Assembly: GCA_002245135.1 (NCBI GenBank)
Contig: NGBS01001170.1
Span: 62,001-126,000 of the forward strand
Source of the DNA: Proteromonas lacertae
Taxonomy: Eukaryota
DNA: 64,000 nt
Direction of reading: 5' to 3'
The notes beneath the pieces are model-generated. The model made no database searches. It had not been told where the DNA came from and saw only the letters and a list, made by a program, of their open reading frames with translations. The first letter of the stretch is position 1. Each line of letters starts with the position of its first letter. The translations under genes were made by a program, and so were the position numbers. Shown here piece by piece: positions 51,831 to 64,000 of this stretch.

Positions 51831-52637
51831 TCAAGATGATGCTATTTCTACAATTTTTAAATCACAATTATCAAACATTACAGACTTAATGCCTTTCTCA
51901 CTTGTATCTTTAATAACATATTTACCAAAGAATCTCTTTAAAAACCCAGAATGTGAAACAATTGCTATTCTATTCTCTTCCCTTTCACTTAGCCAGTCTA
52001 ATAGTTGATTTCCTCTTTCATCTATATGTGATGGACTCTCTCTTTTTCTTACTTGGAAATATGGATCAACTTTTTCAGTTACTAAACTGAAATCTACATT
52101 TGGAAACTTAGGAATTATTTCATCTAAGTTACGATAACAGTCTGTGAAATAGTCTCCACATTGTTCTCTTATCAACTATGAAAAATAGTAATAATTGCTG
52201 AAGAATCTATACTGGATGTACAATTTTTGGACATTTCACTCCTTCAAATGCATAAGTCATTGTCTCAAGAGTTCTTGTTAACGGAGATACAAGTATAAGA
52301 TCAAAAGGAGGTTCATATTTGATTTTTATGTTTAGAACTTTAGCTTGCTGAATTCCTTTTACTGATAATCTATTGAAATTCATGTTATAATCTCTATTCA
52401 TACGGTGAATCAAGAAATCTCATATTTCTTCCAACATGGTTTCTTCGACCTAAAAATATTGCAAAGAAAATAAATACTTTCCATATCTGAAAAATAATAT
52501 ACGGCTTCATTATGGACTGAAGTTCCATGTCTTATAAAATATAAAATTTTCTTTGTTCTATGGCAAGTTAGATAATTTTAGTTTTACTGAAATCTAGGAT
52601 CTATCACATGATAAACGTTTGGCTCATTCTGCTGCAT
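51831..52637 (-). CDS. Histidine phosphatase / phosphoglycerate mutase family protein (tandem paralog)
   Basis: LYFIRHGTSVHN, LVSPLTRTLET, IVSHSGFL; similar intron layout to its neighbour. Confidence 0.9.
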
Positions 52638-52755
52638 TTTTTAAATATTCAAAATATTGCTTGATAGGAATCAAGCTAAAATTTAGTTTTTGCTCATTAA
52701 ATCACTACATACTCACATAACAGAAATAAAAAATGTTTAGATTTATTATAGGTAT

Positions 52756-53801
52756 TCACATACATTTATAAATCACGCCATTATTCGTGATTCCATCATA
52801 ACAGAAAATATTAGCGATTGGTTGGTCTTTATTTGAAATTAATTTAATAATATCTTGACCTAAAACAGCACCAACTAAAGCACCAATATGTGGCAATTCC
52901 ATTCCTTGCGAAGTTCTATAACTATTAACATAATCAATTAATAATTGTGAATCTTCTATTCCTTCAGAAGCACACCAGTCATTTAGTTTTATCGTATTAT
53001 TCTGTGATAAATCTATTAAAAATTAAATATACATATATGTAAATAACATACATCTCCAATAATTAACCAACATTTTATCTTTATCATTTTTATTCATTTT
53101 AATATTACTGAAAAGTGGATATTCTACTGTGACAGTCTTGGTTTTACTAAGAGAATAATAATAACAGTATACTCTGTATATTCGAAATGTGACAAATCAG
53201 CTATTAAAATACCACTAAAACCAAAACATTCAACTGAATAAAGTGGAATATTCTTATTATGACAGATTTCATCAACTTCCTTCTATTTTATAAATATTAT
53301 ATAATGATACTATTATTGAGTAATTTCTCCACAAACATACACACGATATTTCATTTGAATTGATCATTTCATTCATTTTTGTGAATGTAATTTCTTCTTT
53401 TATACCAACTACTTTCACTAATGGGTTTAACTCCTGAAGTGTTGGAGTTGTAACATCAATAATCTATAATTTGATAAATGTATATAACATACATCTTTAC
53501 CAATGTCCTCTTCTTTTAAACAAAATATACTTCCAACATCTTCTATTTTTATTTCTCTTTTATCAATAATAGTCACATTTAATCCGGCTAATACTAAATC
53601 TTTAGCACACTTAAAGAGTATTAAAGAAATTATAATTATACTTCCAACATTGTAACTGACATTCCACAAATTAATATATTTGCTTTTCTTAATTTGGCCT
53701 GAGAGTCTGCACCCCATAATCTTATCTGACGATCATATCTACACAATAAATGCAATACAATACATTTCTGCTTCTTTTTCTGTAAGTTCATTGGTATTCA
53801 T
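52756..53801 (-). CDS. SAE1: SUMO-activating enzyme subunit 1 (AOS1/SAE1, ThiF family)
   Basis: LTEKEAE.YDRQIRLWGADSQ, AKDLVLAGL, LNPLVKV, GALVGAVLGQDIIKLIS...PIAN. Confidence 0.85.
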
Positions 53802-53992
53802 TATGTATTAATATTTAATAACTACGAAAAATAAAGTAATTGAAGAGAAAAACAAAAAATTATAAAAAAGCTTGGTTTTGAAGTTTGATATAGTTAGAAA
53901 AATAAATGCGTTTTACTTTTTTTAATTTTTCCAATATCTCTACCATGTATTAGAATTTCCCATCTAAAATATCAGTACAATAACAAATTAAT

Positions 53993-55854
53993 TTATTCTA
54001 TGTATTTCTTTAAAAAACTTATCAAATTATCACAATCTTCGATTGAACTTAAATAACCAAGTGAACTTCTCACAGCTCCAACTGGTCTTCCATTAATTTC
54101 AGCTATGCCATGACTAGCACTACACATATTTACAAAATCAGAATTCTTCAAATAATTCTTTATATCTTCATCACTAAACTTCATAGCAGCATAAGTCGCT
54201 CCAGGATTACAATGCCAACCAGCACGAACCTATTATATATATATATTATTAAATTAATACATGAATATTTAAACTTGCAGCATCCTCTTGTACTTTTAAA
54301 TAATTAACATAACTTTCATTTTTATGTTCTAAAATGAAATAATAGATAATCAGTTAATTATATATACTAACATTGAATGTAACTATTGGACCTTGTCTAT
54401 CATTAAATAATTCATCATTATGTTTACCATATATCTCCAGCAATGGTTTATCATTTGAATGTTTTAATTGTTTTAATTTGTTATATAAATACATCCTTAA
54501 ACATGAGGTATGTTTATATACAGCTTCTATTCCACCGATACTATTTATGGATTCATAACCATACTTTAATATAGCAATATCTATACATAATAATAATAAT
54601 AATAATAATACTTAGAAAATCAGGAGTTCCATCTTCATACTTTTGTGATGGATTCTTTGGATGACTATTATATTAAAATAAAAATAAAGTATTTATTACA
54701 TTTTATAATCTTCGCCCATTATTACAGACAACACACTTCCACCTCCCCAATACGTTTTATCAATTTTATCAATTATATTATTACTAATCAACAAAGCACC
54801 AACACCTGTAGGATAACCAAATATCTTATAAAATGATATAACACAAAAATCAGGTAAAAATCCATTCGGTGAAAATGGAAGTGAAGATGTAGGTACATAG
54901 GCTGCTATATCTACTAATACAAATAGCTGTGGATATTGTTTATGTAATTGTTCAACCCATTCAAATGGATATTTTACTCCGCCAAAATTTTCTGTTAATG
55001 GATATGCAAATAAATGAGAAGAATTCTTATCCAAATCCTATTTGTGTTGATATATTAAAATGAAAATATTTATACTAATTTTGATATTACATCAAATACA
55101 TTTTCTTCATCAACTACTACAAACTGACCGCCACTTTTTTTTACTATATTTCTTATTCCTAAAACACTGTTATGATTTTGTCTTAAGTATATAAAAAATG
55201 ATTTATTTGTCCATTGTATTATATCTCCTACTGTATGTAATGCTCCTGTAGCACATCGAGTAAATACAACACTGTAATCTTCATTACTAGTATTAAGAAA
55301 TTTCAACAAATCTAATCTAGCATTCTATAAATGATAAAACAATTGGATATGATAAAAATACCAATATTGTATCATCTGTAGTTTTTGCACATGGACTTTG
55401 ACCATGGTTATTACCATATAACACTGTCTTTAATTGATACATTGATTTTTCAAGTTGTGAATCTCTATAAATACTTGCACCTGTATAATCTAAATAAGTC
55501 TGTCCTTTTAATCTAGTTAAATCGTTTCTACGAATTTCATCAAGCGCGCCATTGTAACCATAACTATTATAAACGTATTTATATCATACTACAACTTACA
55601 AGATTCATTAAGTCCATTAAAAAAAGATGTAGCTCTGAATGATGGTGTTAAACTGTGATAGGAAAAAGCTTTTACTATTATTGGAATCTATAAACGTTTA
55701 GAATATATTTTAATACTAAAACGACAACGAACAAACCACACAAACATGGAACAACTGGCCTTCTACGAATTTCAATTGCGTATATTCCTAATCTATTCAT
55801 GTACCAGCTTCTTTTCATCCAAACACAACAAGCCGGCTCGTCTTTATACTCCAT
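53993..55854 (-). CDS. Molybdenum-cofactor-sulfurase-like PLP enzyme (NifS-like domain only) with N-terminal hydrophobic anchor; start uncertain (55854, 55818 or 55800)
   Basis: YLDYTGASIY, YGNNH, VVFTRCATGAL, NHNSVLGIR, ISFYKIFGYPTGVGAL, EDGTPDF, HCNPGA, GAVRSSLGY; no MOSC domain. Confidence 0.85.
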
Positions 55855-56461
55855 GTTTTTCGTCTTACACACAACTTATTACACAATCCTAAGTCTTTTG
55901 TTGGACTTAGAAGATTTTCAAACAATTTAAGTGACTTTAATTTCATTGATGTATTGTATTTCTTTATAATTATTAGGAAATGGAAGGCATTCATATAAAA
56001 GCATATGGAGATGAAGGTTTTCAATTAGACAATAATATTATATTAAGAGGTTCAGCATTGGTTTTTTCTGATCTGTTTTTGTTATGGAAGCCACGAACTG
56101 TTGATATGATTACACCAAAGTCATTAGCACCATTAGTTTATAGGAATCCAACACTGGATTTGGTTATATTTGGAACTGGTGACGCTGTGGAACAACTTCC
56201 AGTTGAATCAAGACATTATTTATTACAACATCACATATTTTTCGAATGCATGGACAATGTATGATAATATTATGATATTTATGAATAGTTAAATGCAATA
56301 GGAACATACAATGTGTTATTAGATGAAGGAAGACATGTTGCAGTTGGTCTTTTAGGCGATCCAAGGTCATTTAAGCCACTCCCATTCTTAGATATTATCA
56401 AAAATTTTGGAAACCCAACAAGATTAAGAGATTCAGAATAATTTTCTTTGAAAATATGTAA
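55853..56461 (+). CDS. NDUFAF3: Complex I assembly factor NDUFAF3 (Mth938 domain) with predicted organellar presequence
   Basis: IKAYGDEGF, LWKP, LVIFGTG, ECMD.|.NAIGTYNVLLDEGRHVA; Arg/Leu/Ser-rich leader MF(F)RLTHNLLHNPKSFVGLRRFS needs one T added to the T-run at 55856-55860. Confidence 0.85.
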
Positions 56462-56571
56462 TTAAAATGCTATTATTATTATATTTTTAATAATTAGGAA
56501 AAATTTGTTTTTTTTTTAATTTTACGAACTTTTTAATTAAATATATAATCTCATTATATATATATATATAT

Positions 56572-58797
56572 TTATCTTCTTCCACCTCTTCCACCTCTTC
56601 CTCCTCCTCTGCTTCCACCTCTTCCTCTGCCACCTCCATATCCACCTCCTCTTCCACCACTACTATAACCTCTACCACCTCCACCATATCCACCAGCTTT
56701 ACCCATCTGATAAGGAGCAACTTGTTCTCTTTGTTTTAACTTTGGCAATTTTTCACATCTTATAAATGATGGATTTTTATAATTCTTCAGTTTATTATCA
56801 AAATCATTAGCTAAATCAGCTGGTAAATCAAATACAGCACCTTTAGAATCTTCAGTCATTACCATACCCTTAATTTTACTACAATTTTCTTCACTGATCA
56901 TTTTCTTTAAAGCTCCCCAACAATAAGATAAAGTTCTCATTTCAATACTTGAATTAAACTCATAAGCAACATAACCATCCATTCCACTCAATATTGATCT
57001 TTCATTCACACATTTTGAACCTAATATCAATGCATAACATCTAGTAATAGCTTCCATTGGATCTGCAAATTGTTTTAAACATTCTTCAGCACATGGTTTT
57101 AATAACTCAATCATATTATCTTTCACTTCTTTCATATCATCTAATACTTGACTTGCACTATATAATATAATATCTTTAGGTTGTGGTGAAGATATTCTAA
57201 TAAATTTATTACTACCTAATGCCTTTTCTAATGATTGAATAACACTTTCACTTCGATTAGTATATAATGTAATACAAATACCACTCTTACCTGCTCTTCC
57301 TGTTCTTCCAGATCTATGGACATAAGTATCATAGTCAGCTTTACCACTGAAATTAGTGGAAGGTGGTTCTCTGTTAATAACTAAATCAACATTATCTATA
57401 TCTAAACCTCTTGCAGCAACATCTGTTGCAATTAAACATTTGAATTTATATTGAGCAAAATCGTCTAATGTTGTTTCTCTTGTTTTCTGTGGAATATCTC
57501 CATGTAAAACTCTATTAGAATGTTGTAATTCTGTGGAATTAGATAATTCATCACAACTTACCTTTGTATCACAAAATATAATACATCTACCTGTTGGACG
57601 ACAATACATTTTGATTAAATCTGAGATAATACTTGGTTGATTTTCTCTTGTTGATTTTAATATATAATGTTTCACATCACTACTAGCTTGTTTATCACCA
57701 ACTAAATCAATTAATTTATAATTCTTCTTCATATACTTCTTAGCTACATCTTTTACCCAATCTGGTATTGTTGCTGAGAATAATAATATTTGTGCTTTAT
57801 CTTGCTTTTCACTATCATCACCAATAGCCTTGTTATAATATGCATTAAATATCTTATCAATATCTGGCTGAAATCCCATATCCAACATTCTATCAGCTTC
57901 ATCTAATATTATATACTTCAAATCTTCTAAATGTAAAGTTCTTCTTTCAATATGATCGATTATTCTACCAGGTGTACCAATCAAAACATCAATACCATAA
58001 CGTAACTTTTGATTTTGTTCATCATATCCTGTTCCACCATAAATACATAATTGGCGAAGATCTGGTGCACAATAATTAAATTCATCAGCGGTTTGACGAG
58101 CTAATTCTCTTGTAGGAGATACAACTATTACACATGGATTCTTTTGGTTTAATAACTTTGGATTTGTTTTTATTTTTTCAATTACTGGAAGAATAAATGC
58201 TAATGTTTTACCTTGACCTGTCATAGCTCTACCTATAATATCATGACCATCATATATTGAATCATAAGTTAATGACTGGATTGGGAATAAATGAGTGATT
58301 CCTCTGTCATTTAATAATGTTATTGTTTCTGGTGATATTCTGAAGTTTGATAGTAAAGATTTACTACCTTCTGATTGGATGAGCACTGGTTCTTCTTCAT
58401 CTTCTTTTGGTCCTATTTAAGATTAATTCGTGCTGTAAAAATACTTGGAGTAGAATTAACTGATTTTGGTGTTTCTGGTGTTTCTTCAATTTTAGCTTCT
58501 ATATTTTAAACAATAAATACACAATTTTAATACTCTTGGATGATTTTTCTTCTTTACTAGACGATCTTCTTCTCTTTTTCTCTATGTATTAATGTAAAAT
58601 GTCCCAATATACCAGGTTCAACTATTTCTTCAACTTTTGGTTTTTCTTCTGCTGTTTCTGCTGCGTCCATTGATCTAGTTCTCATTCTTCTTGTAGGGGT
58701 AGGAGCCTCTTTCTTAGAATGTTTTTTACTACCTAATGAAATGTTTACCATATGTTTTTATACTTTCTTCTGATGATTTAGTGTGATTTTTACCCAT
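56572..58797 (-). CDS. DDX21: Nucleolar DEAD-box RNA helicase DDX21/RH7 type (GUCT-like domain, RGG tail)
   Basis: LFPIQ, AMTGQGKT, PTRELA, TPGR, DEAD, SAT, LHGDIPQ, TDVAARGLD, YVHRSGRTGRAG; RGG C-terminus; 5' exons from ATG 58797. Confidence 0.92.
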
Positions 58798-59281
58798 TAA
58801 TGTCAAAAATGCAATACACAAAATACAATTGTATTAGTTTGTATTATTTTTTCATTATCAAAAAGATAAATATTTTATGTGCAAATATATAGCAAAGTAT
58901 CGCTATTATGCATAGTTTAAATATAGAAAGTATAAAATAATCAAATACACAGTAATTAACAAAATCTCAAAACGGATTGATTTATACCTACATAATTTAT
59001 CAATAAAAGTGTCAAATGTGTTATTAGAATTATGTCTGAGTGATTATTTTGTATTTTACTTTTGATAACACAAATCAGTTTAATCTCTTTTTTATTCATA
59101 ATACACAACGGTTTACAGTAAATATTCCCATAAAACACCTGTTGCGTTATGGATGCGACAGAACAAACATCTAGTAGCTATAAAACACATCCTTCGAAAA
59201 AGTCAGATTTTGGCTTTAATTGAGTTAAATAACGAGTTGCTTTATGTTTTCTTATTCGTAAATTCCTTTATTTGGAAAGAA

Positions 59282-60950
59282 ATGAGTAACATTAAAGATT
59301 TAAAGTGTCAATTCTGCCATACAGTTGCTAACTACAGTGGATTAGGTTCATTATCAACTATATTAATACCGTATTTATATAGCAATGATCTATTGATAGA
59401 AATGTTGGTGAATGCGCTTATCATAAGCCATGTTTAGTCTGGTCTGAAGAAATGCTGTCAGAACCAGTTGATCGGCCTAATTGTATTAAAAATGCTATTA
59501 AGAGGGCTATGAGAACCAAATGCTTCTGTTGCAAAAGCCTAGGAGCTTCAATTAAATGTGCTGTAGAAGGGTATGTATATAAGTATTAATAATATTTATT
59601 AGATGTTCAAAACAATATCATTATCCATGTGCAATACAAGAAGCGTCAGTATTTCAAACAAATCCACCTAAACATTTCTGTAAAGAACATAGATGTATAT
59701 AATAATCATTAAATATCACTTTTCTATAGCTGAATGTGAAGATGGTGTATTAAATCCAGAAGGAATGACTGTAAATGTTACATCAACTACATTTCTAGAA
59801 ACTATGTCTTCAAAACCATTACCAATTACACCCGAACAGAATCATCATGATAATGTACCTTTTCCATCAATTCCAGATATATATCCCTTATCAAATCCAC
59901 AAACAAGCTTAGTTAAAGAATATGAAGCTAAATTAAGTAATGATAGTAGTATAGAAGTAATAGGTGAAGAAGAATATGCAGAAATAGAAGAAGAAGTAAA
60001 GAAAAAGAAAGAAAAAAGTAGTAATGATAATGATAATAATGTGAATAACGATAGTGATGGTTTTAAGAATAACAATATACCAAAAAAACATTATTTCCTA
60101 CTCCCTTTTCATTATCATCATCAAATCCATTAATAGAAATAAGAAAACTATCAGAAGGAGGATCAGACAGTAATTCTGATACTTTTAGTGATAAACATAA
60201 TAATAAAGATAAAGAGAATGAATTAAAAGAGAATTTGATTTCTGTATTTCACCTCCATTATCAACGCCGCCTTTAAATAGTAAGGTAAATAATAATAATA
60301 ATAATAATAAAGAGAATGATAACAATACTACCAATACTCTTACAATCAAAACAACACAAACAAAACAAAATAAATTATCATCTCCATCTCCATCAGTAAA
60401 ACAAAATGAAAGTAATAAAACAGATAGCTCTATAACAAGTTCAAAAAGAGGATCTAAAAGAAAATCCGATACTGAATCACCGCCATATAAGAATATGAAA
60501 TTATTTACATTAGAAAATAGAGATTTTATTAGAGTAAAAATAGTTAAATCATTGAATACACTTTCTAAAGGGTATATAATCTCGTTATTTGGTGCTCAAT
60601 CATTTTTTGACTGTTTAAGAACAAGTCATTCAACGGAATTGTCAATTGATTATGGAATAGACGTTGAACAATTTAAATCGATATATGAAAATGCAAAATT
60701 GTGTAATATTTCAGTTATGAAAATGATTTTAGATGATTATACTGAAGAAACTCCAGTGTATAAGATTCTTAATAGTATGGGTAAAACAAATACAGTTGGA
60801 TATATTGAAAGAGATTTATATGAAATATTCATCATTCCAAATGGACAAAGTCTGCCAAATTGTGGAACATTTGCTGCTTCTATGGAAATATTTTCAAGAA
60901 ATGGTGAAACTATTGCTGCTTGGTGTTTATTGGTAAATAAACTTAGATAA
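59282..60950 (+). CDS. Extended PHD (zf-HC5HC2H) chromatin protein with C-terminal SPOC-like region
   Basis: CQFC...HKPCLVWS...KCFCCKSLGASIKC...CSKQYHYPCA...FCKEH; two probable homopolymer indels near 60085 and 60235; EIFIIP-type strand at the C-terminus. Confidence 0.75.
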
Positions 60951-61136
60951 ATAGCAAATGTTTCATAAATATCATCACTTAATAAATGAAAATTGAATAA
61001 TCTCTGTAACTATTTTTAATTGGATTATTAGACTTTCTTTTACTTATTATTATGTTATTTAGTTAATAAATAGATGAAATATTGAATTTAATAAAAATAA
61101 ATCCGTTTCAATTATAATTTTCATTTTAAAAATTAG

Positions 61137-62481
61137 ATGGAACCTATATCGATATTCTTTGCCTATATTGTAAAAAATCAATTAAATGAAGTTAAAAAAT
61201 ATATTGAGAATAAAACTGTGGATATAAATTGTCAAGATAGTGAAGGAGTGAGTGGTTTATGTGTGGCTTGTTATCACGAAAGATATGAAATAATTCAATA
61301 TTTGTGTGAAAATGGTGTAGATGCTTTAATTGTTTCAAGTAGAACTGGAAGTAGTTGTCTGCATTATGCAATAAGAACCAATAATTATGAAATAGTAGAT
61401 TATTTAGTGAAATATAATAACAAATTAGTGAATATTTGTTCTAAAAATGGTGATAGTCCTTTGATGTTTGCTTGTGTAGAAGGTAATTATGATGTAATAT
61501 CATTATTATTAGCAGAAAAGGCAGATATAAAATGTATAAGTAATAATAGATTAACTGCTTATCACTGTTTAATTCAAAGAAATCGAAATGACAAAGATAT
61601 TTGTGATATATTGAAATTAATGAAAAGCTGTGATGATAGTGAAACTATATTTTATAGTAATGGAATAGGAAATACAATTCTTCACTTATGTGCTGAACGA
61701 AATTATAAAAATTGTATAGAATATTTATTATCATTAAAATTCCCAGAAAGAATAAGAAACAAAAGTGGTAAAGTTGCTTTAGATTTATGTAAAGGAGAAT
61801 GTAAAAAGATATTATTAGAATCATGGAATAAAGAGAATGAAATATTAAAAGATGATGATAGTAATATAGTTGAAGGTTTAGAGAATGATAATTCAAATTT
61901 AATAAATACAAAAAATAAAAGTAACAATAAAAAGAATCAAAAGAAGAAATCATCTCATAATAGTGGTAAGAGTAATGATAAAACAGTAGAACCAATACAG
62001 AAGCAATCACTTCCTCATACTCCTGCAATATCAAATCCTCAATCACCACCATTAACATTAACAAAGACAAAATCGATAAAACAATTTCCTAAGTCTCCAT
62101 CTGTTGTTATTCAACCTGAAATGATAAAAATGAATGATGATGATAATAATAATGGAAAAAATGACATCGAAGGTAATAATAATATAGATGAACTAATTAG
62201 TAAATTAATGGAAGAGAATATTCCAAACTGTTCAATATTAGATATTCACTATAAACATATATTTGGAAAAGATATTAATGAGTTGAGTATTAGTCAACTG
62301 GAGTCTTTGGAGTCTTTTCATTTGCAGGTATATTAATTATAATCATTCTAATTTTTTAATAAACTAGATGTTAAAGAATGTAATAGAACATAAATCCATG
62401 ATTTTAGTAGAAAGAACAAGAGAAGAGGAAGAAGAGAACATACTTAGACAGAATTTAATTGATCGTTTATTAAACCAGTGA
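61137..62481 (+). CDS. Ankyrin-repeat protein
   Basis: GVSGLCVAC, GSSCLHYA, GDSPLMFAC, GNTILHLCA repeats; last exon after an intron at about 62328-62368. Confidence 0.9.
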
Positions 62482-62660
62482 TAATTAAGATATTTAATGT
62501 TTCATTAAATAATAGATTTTTATTGTTTTTATCATGTTTTATGGTATTACATAGAAAAATCTTTCAAAAATTCTTAAAAGCACGATCTGAGTCAAGTATA
62601 CAAATCCCTATTTGCATTATAGATATTAATTTTTGTACAATCAAAAATTTAATATTTAAA

Positions 62661-64000
62661 ATGGGTTGTGCTGAAAGCACTCCACAATTAGTTGATATAC
62701 CCTCCGGTGAAGATGCCGAAGCAAATGAAGCCGCAGAAGTAATAGATGATGTTCAAGAAGCAGCTGAGCTTCTAAATCCATCAAATGCTCTTTCTTCACA
62801 AGTGGAAGTATGTTCTTGTTACTATATAATTTACAGTTAATTATATCGTGCGCGAATTTAATTGAGTTAGATCAGGATTCAAAATCTGACCCATTTGTAG
62901 TGTTTTATGAAAAGAAGTTGGATGGTTGGGTTGAAATTGGCAGAACAGAAGTATTGATCGATAATACAAAGTATTAATATTGTTTTATAAATTAGTCCTC
63001 AATTTACTCATCATTTCCCATTCACATATCGTTTTGAAGAAAATCAAATTATAAAATTTGATGTATTTGATGCAGATGGAGTTGTTAGTGATTCTACACA
63101 CATATCTTTTTAGATTAACTAAATTGACCATTTAATTCCTTAATTGGTATAATTAGATTTAGCAAAGCAAGATTTTATAGGTTCAGCTGAAGTGCTGTTT
63201 GCTAATGTAATAGCTTCAAGATGTTGTCAAGTGACCATGCCATTGGTTAAAGGAAAGGATAGTAAAAGAGGATTAATCAACATAAAAGCTGAAGAAATGT
63301 CCAATCAAAATGCAGTTGTAGAACTTCAATTTACATTAAGAGATTGTACTTTGAAAGATGGATTTTATTACTTTATCCAAGTATTTAGATATAGTAAAAT
63401 GGGGGATGATGCATGCTACAGAACTGAAGTAGTAAAGAAAGAAGATAATAATTTAGAATTCAGTGATTTTACAATTAATATTCAACCATTATGTAATGGA
63501 GATAATGTATATATATTATATATATAATCATTTTTTTATATAATAGTTTCGACCTTTGAACTTTCGAATAATGAGATGGGGTAAGAATGGAGCACATGTT
63601 ATATCAGCTATCTGTCAAGTATTATATTTACATATAATCCAATTAATAGACATGTTTGAATGATATGCAAAACAATTCACCCTTAATACCATTAAAGAAT
63701 AAAGAGAATAGCACTGTTGGATATTTAAAGATAGAAAAATGTAATATTGTTCCTAAACCAACATTCTTAGAGTATATTCGTGGAGGATGTGAAATGAACT
63801 TTATGGTAGCAATAGACTTTGCTGCTACAAATGGAGATCCATCACAACCAACATCACTCCATTACATTGATCCAGAAGGTACTTTAAATCAATATGAAAG
63901 AGCAATTTATTCTGTAGGAAGTGTTTTAGAGTTCTATGATAATGATAGGTTATTCCCAGTGTATGGATTTGGTGGTGTAGTTGATGGTAAACCTAATCAC
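62661..64000 (+). CDS. Copine (C2-C2-vWA), N-acylated; runs off the window end
   Basis: MGCAES, SKSDPFVV, EIGRTEV, YRFEENQ, QDFIG, PTFLEYIRGG, NFMVAIDFAATNGDP..PTSLHYI, FPVYGFGG. Confidence 0.95.
63102..63152 (+). other. Candidate U12-type intron with AT-AA ends (51 nt)
   Basis: 5' ATATCTTTT, branch TTCCTTAAT, 3' TATAA; removal of this stop-containing segment gives DADGVVSDSTH|LDLAKQDFIG. Confidence 0.6.

Noticed and set aside
60080..60245. Two frameshifts in the ePHD gene (also near 3805, 5488 and 55858)
   Set aside because: All fall in A or T homopolymer runs, typical of long-read consensus error
1..64000. CRISPR arrays, rRNA, tRNA, telomeric repeats or viral hallmark genes
   Set aside because: No regularly spaced repeats, GC-rich structured RNA blocks or capsid/integrase-like ORFs seen by eye; small ncRNAs could be missed without covariance searches

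Overview
Very AT-rich, gene-dense eukaryotic DNA with about 35 protein genes split by tiny (about 23-55 nt) introns, mostly GTAT...TAG. Intron size, TGTTTGTT-like motifs after stop codons, a complex I assembly factor, an Ig-like/BTB family and prokaryote-type enzymes suggest an anaerobic gut stramenopile of the Blastocystis/Proteromonas group (inference). Recognisable genes: calmodulin-like, Hsp70-like, three tandem GT-A glycosyltransferases, RGP1-like, class II (B12) ribonucleotide reductase, RimJ/RimL GNAT, two OGFr-domain genes, pseudokinases (one with LRRs), AF0577-type radical SAM/SPASM enzyme, CFAP70, EAF-like, TRAPPC12-like, calpain-like, kinesin-WW, two histidine phosphatases, SAE1/AOS1, Moco-sulfurase-like, NDUFAF3, DDX21, ePHD protein, ankyrin protein and copine. 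Signals the ORF track misses: two candidate minor-spliceosome introns with AT-AA ends and identical branch-point spacing (one inside a prokaryote-type gene), a decayed hAT transposase, an exon-exact inverted duplication, a 2.3-kb inverted gene cassette and mosaic glycosyltransferases. Scattered 1-nt indels suggest an imperfectly polished assembly, so frameshift-based claims are tentative. All gene models were spliced by eye and all family assignments are from motif recognition, not database searches.
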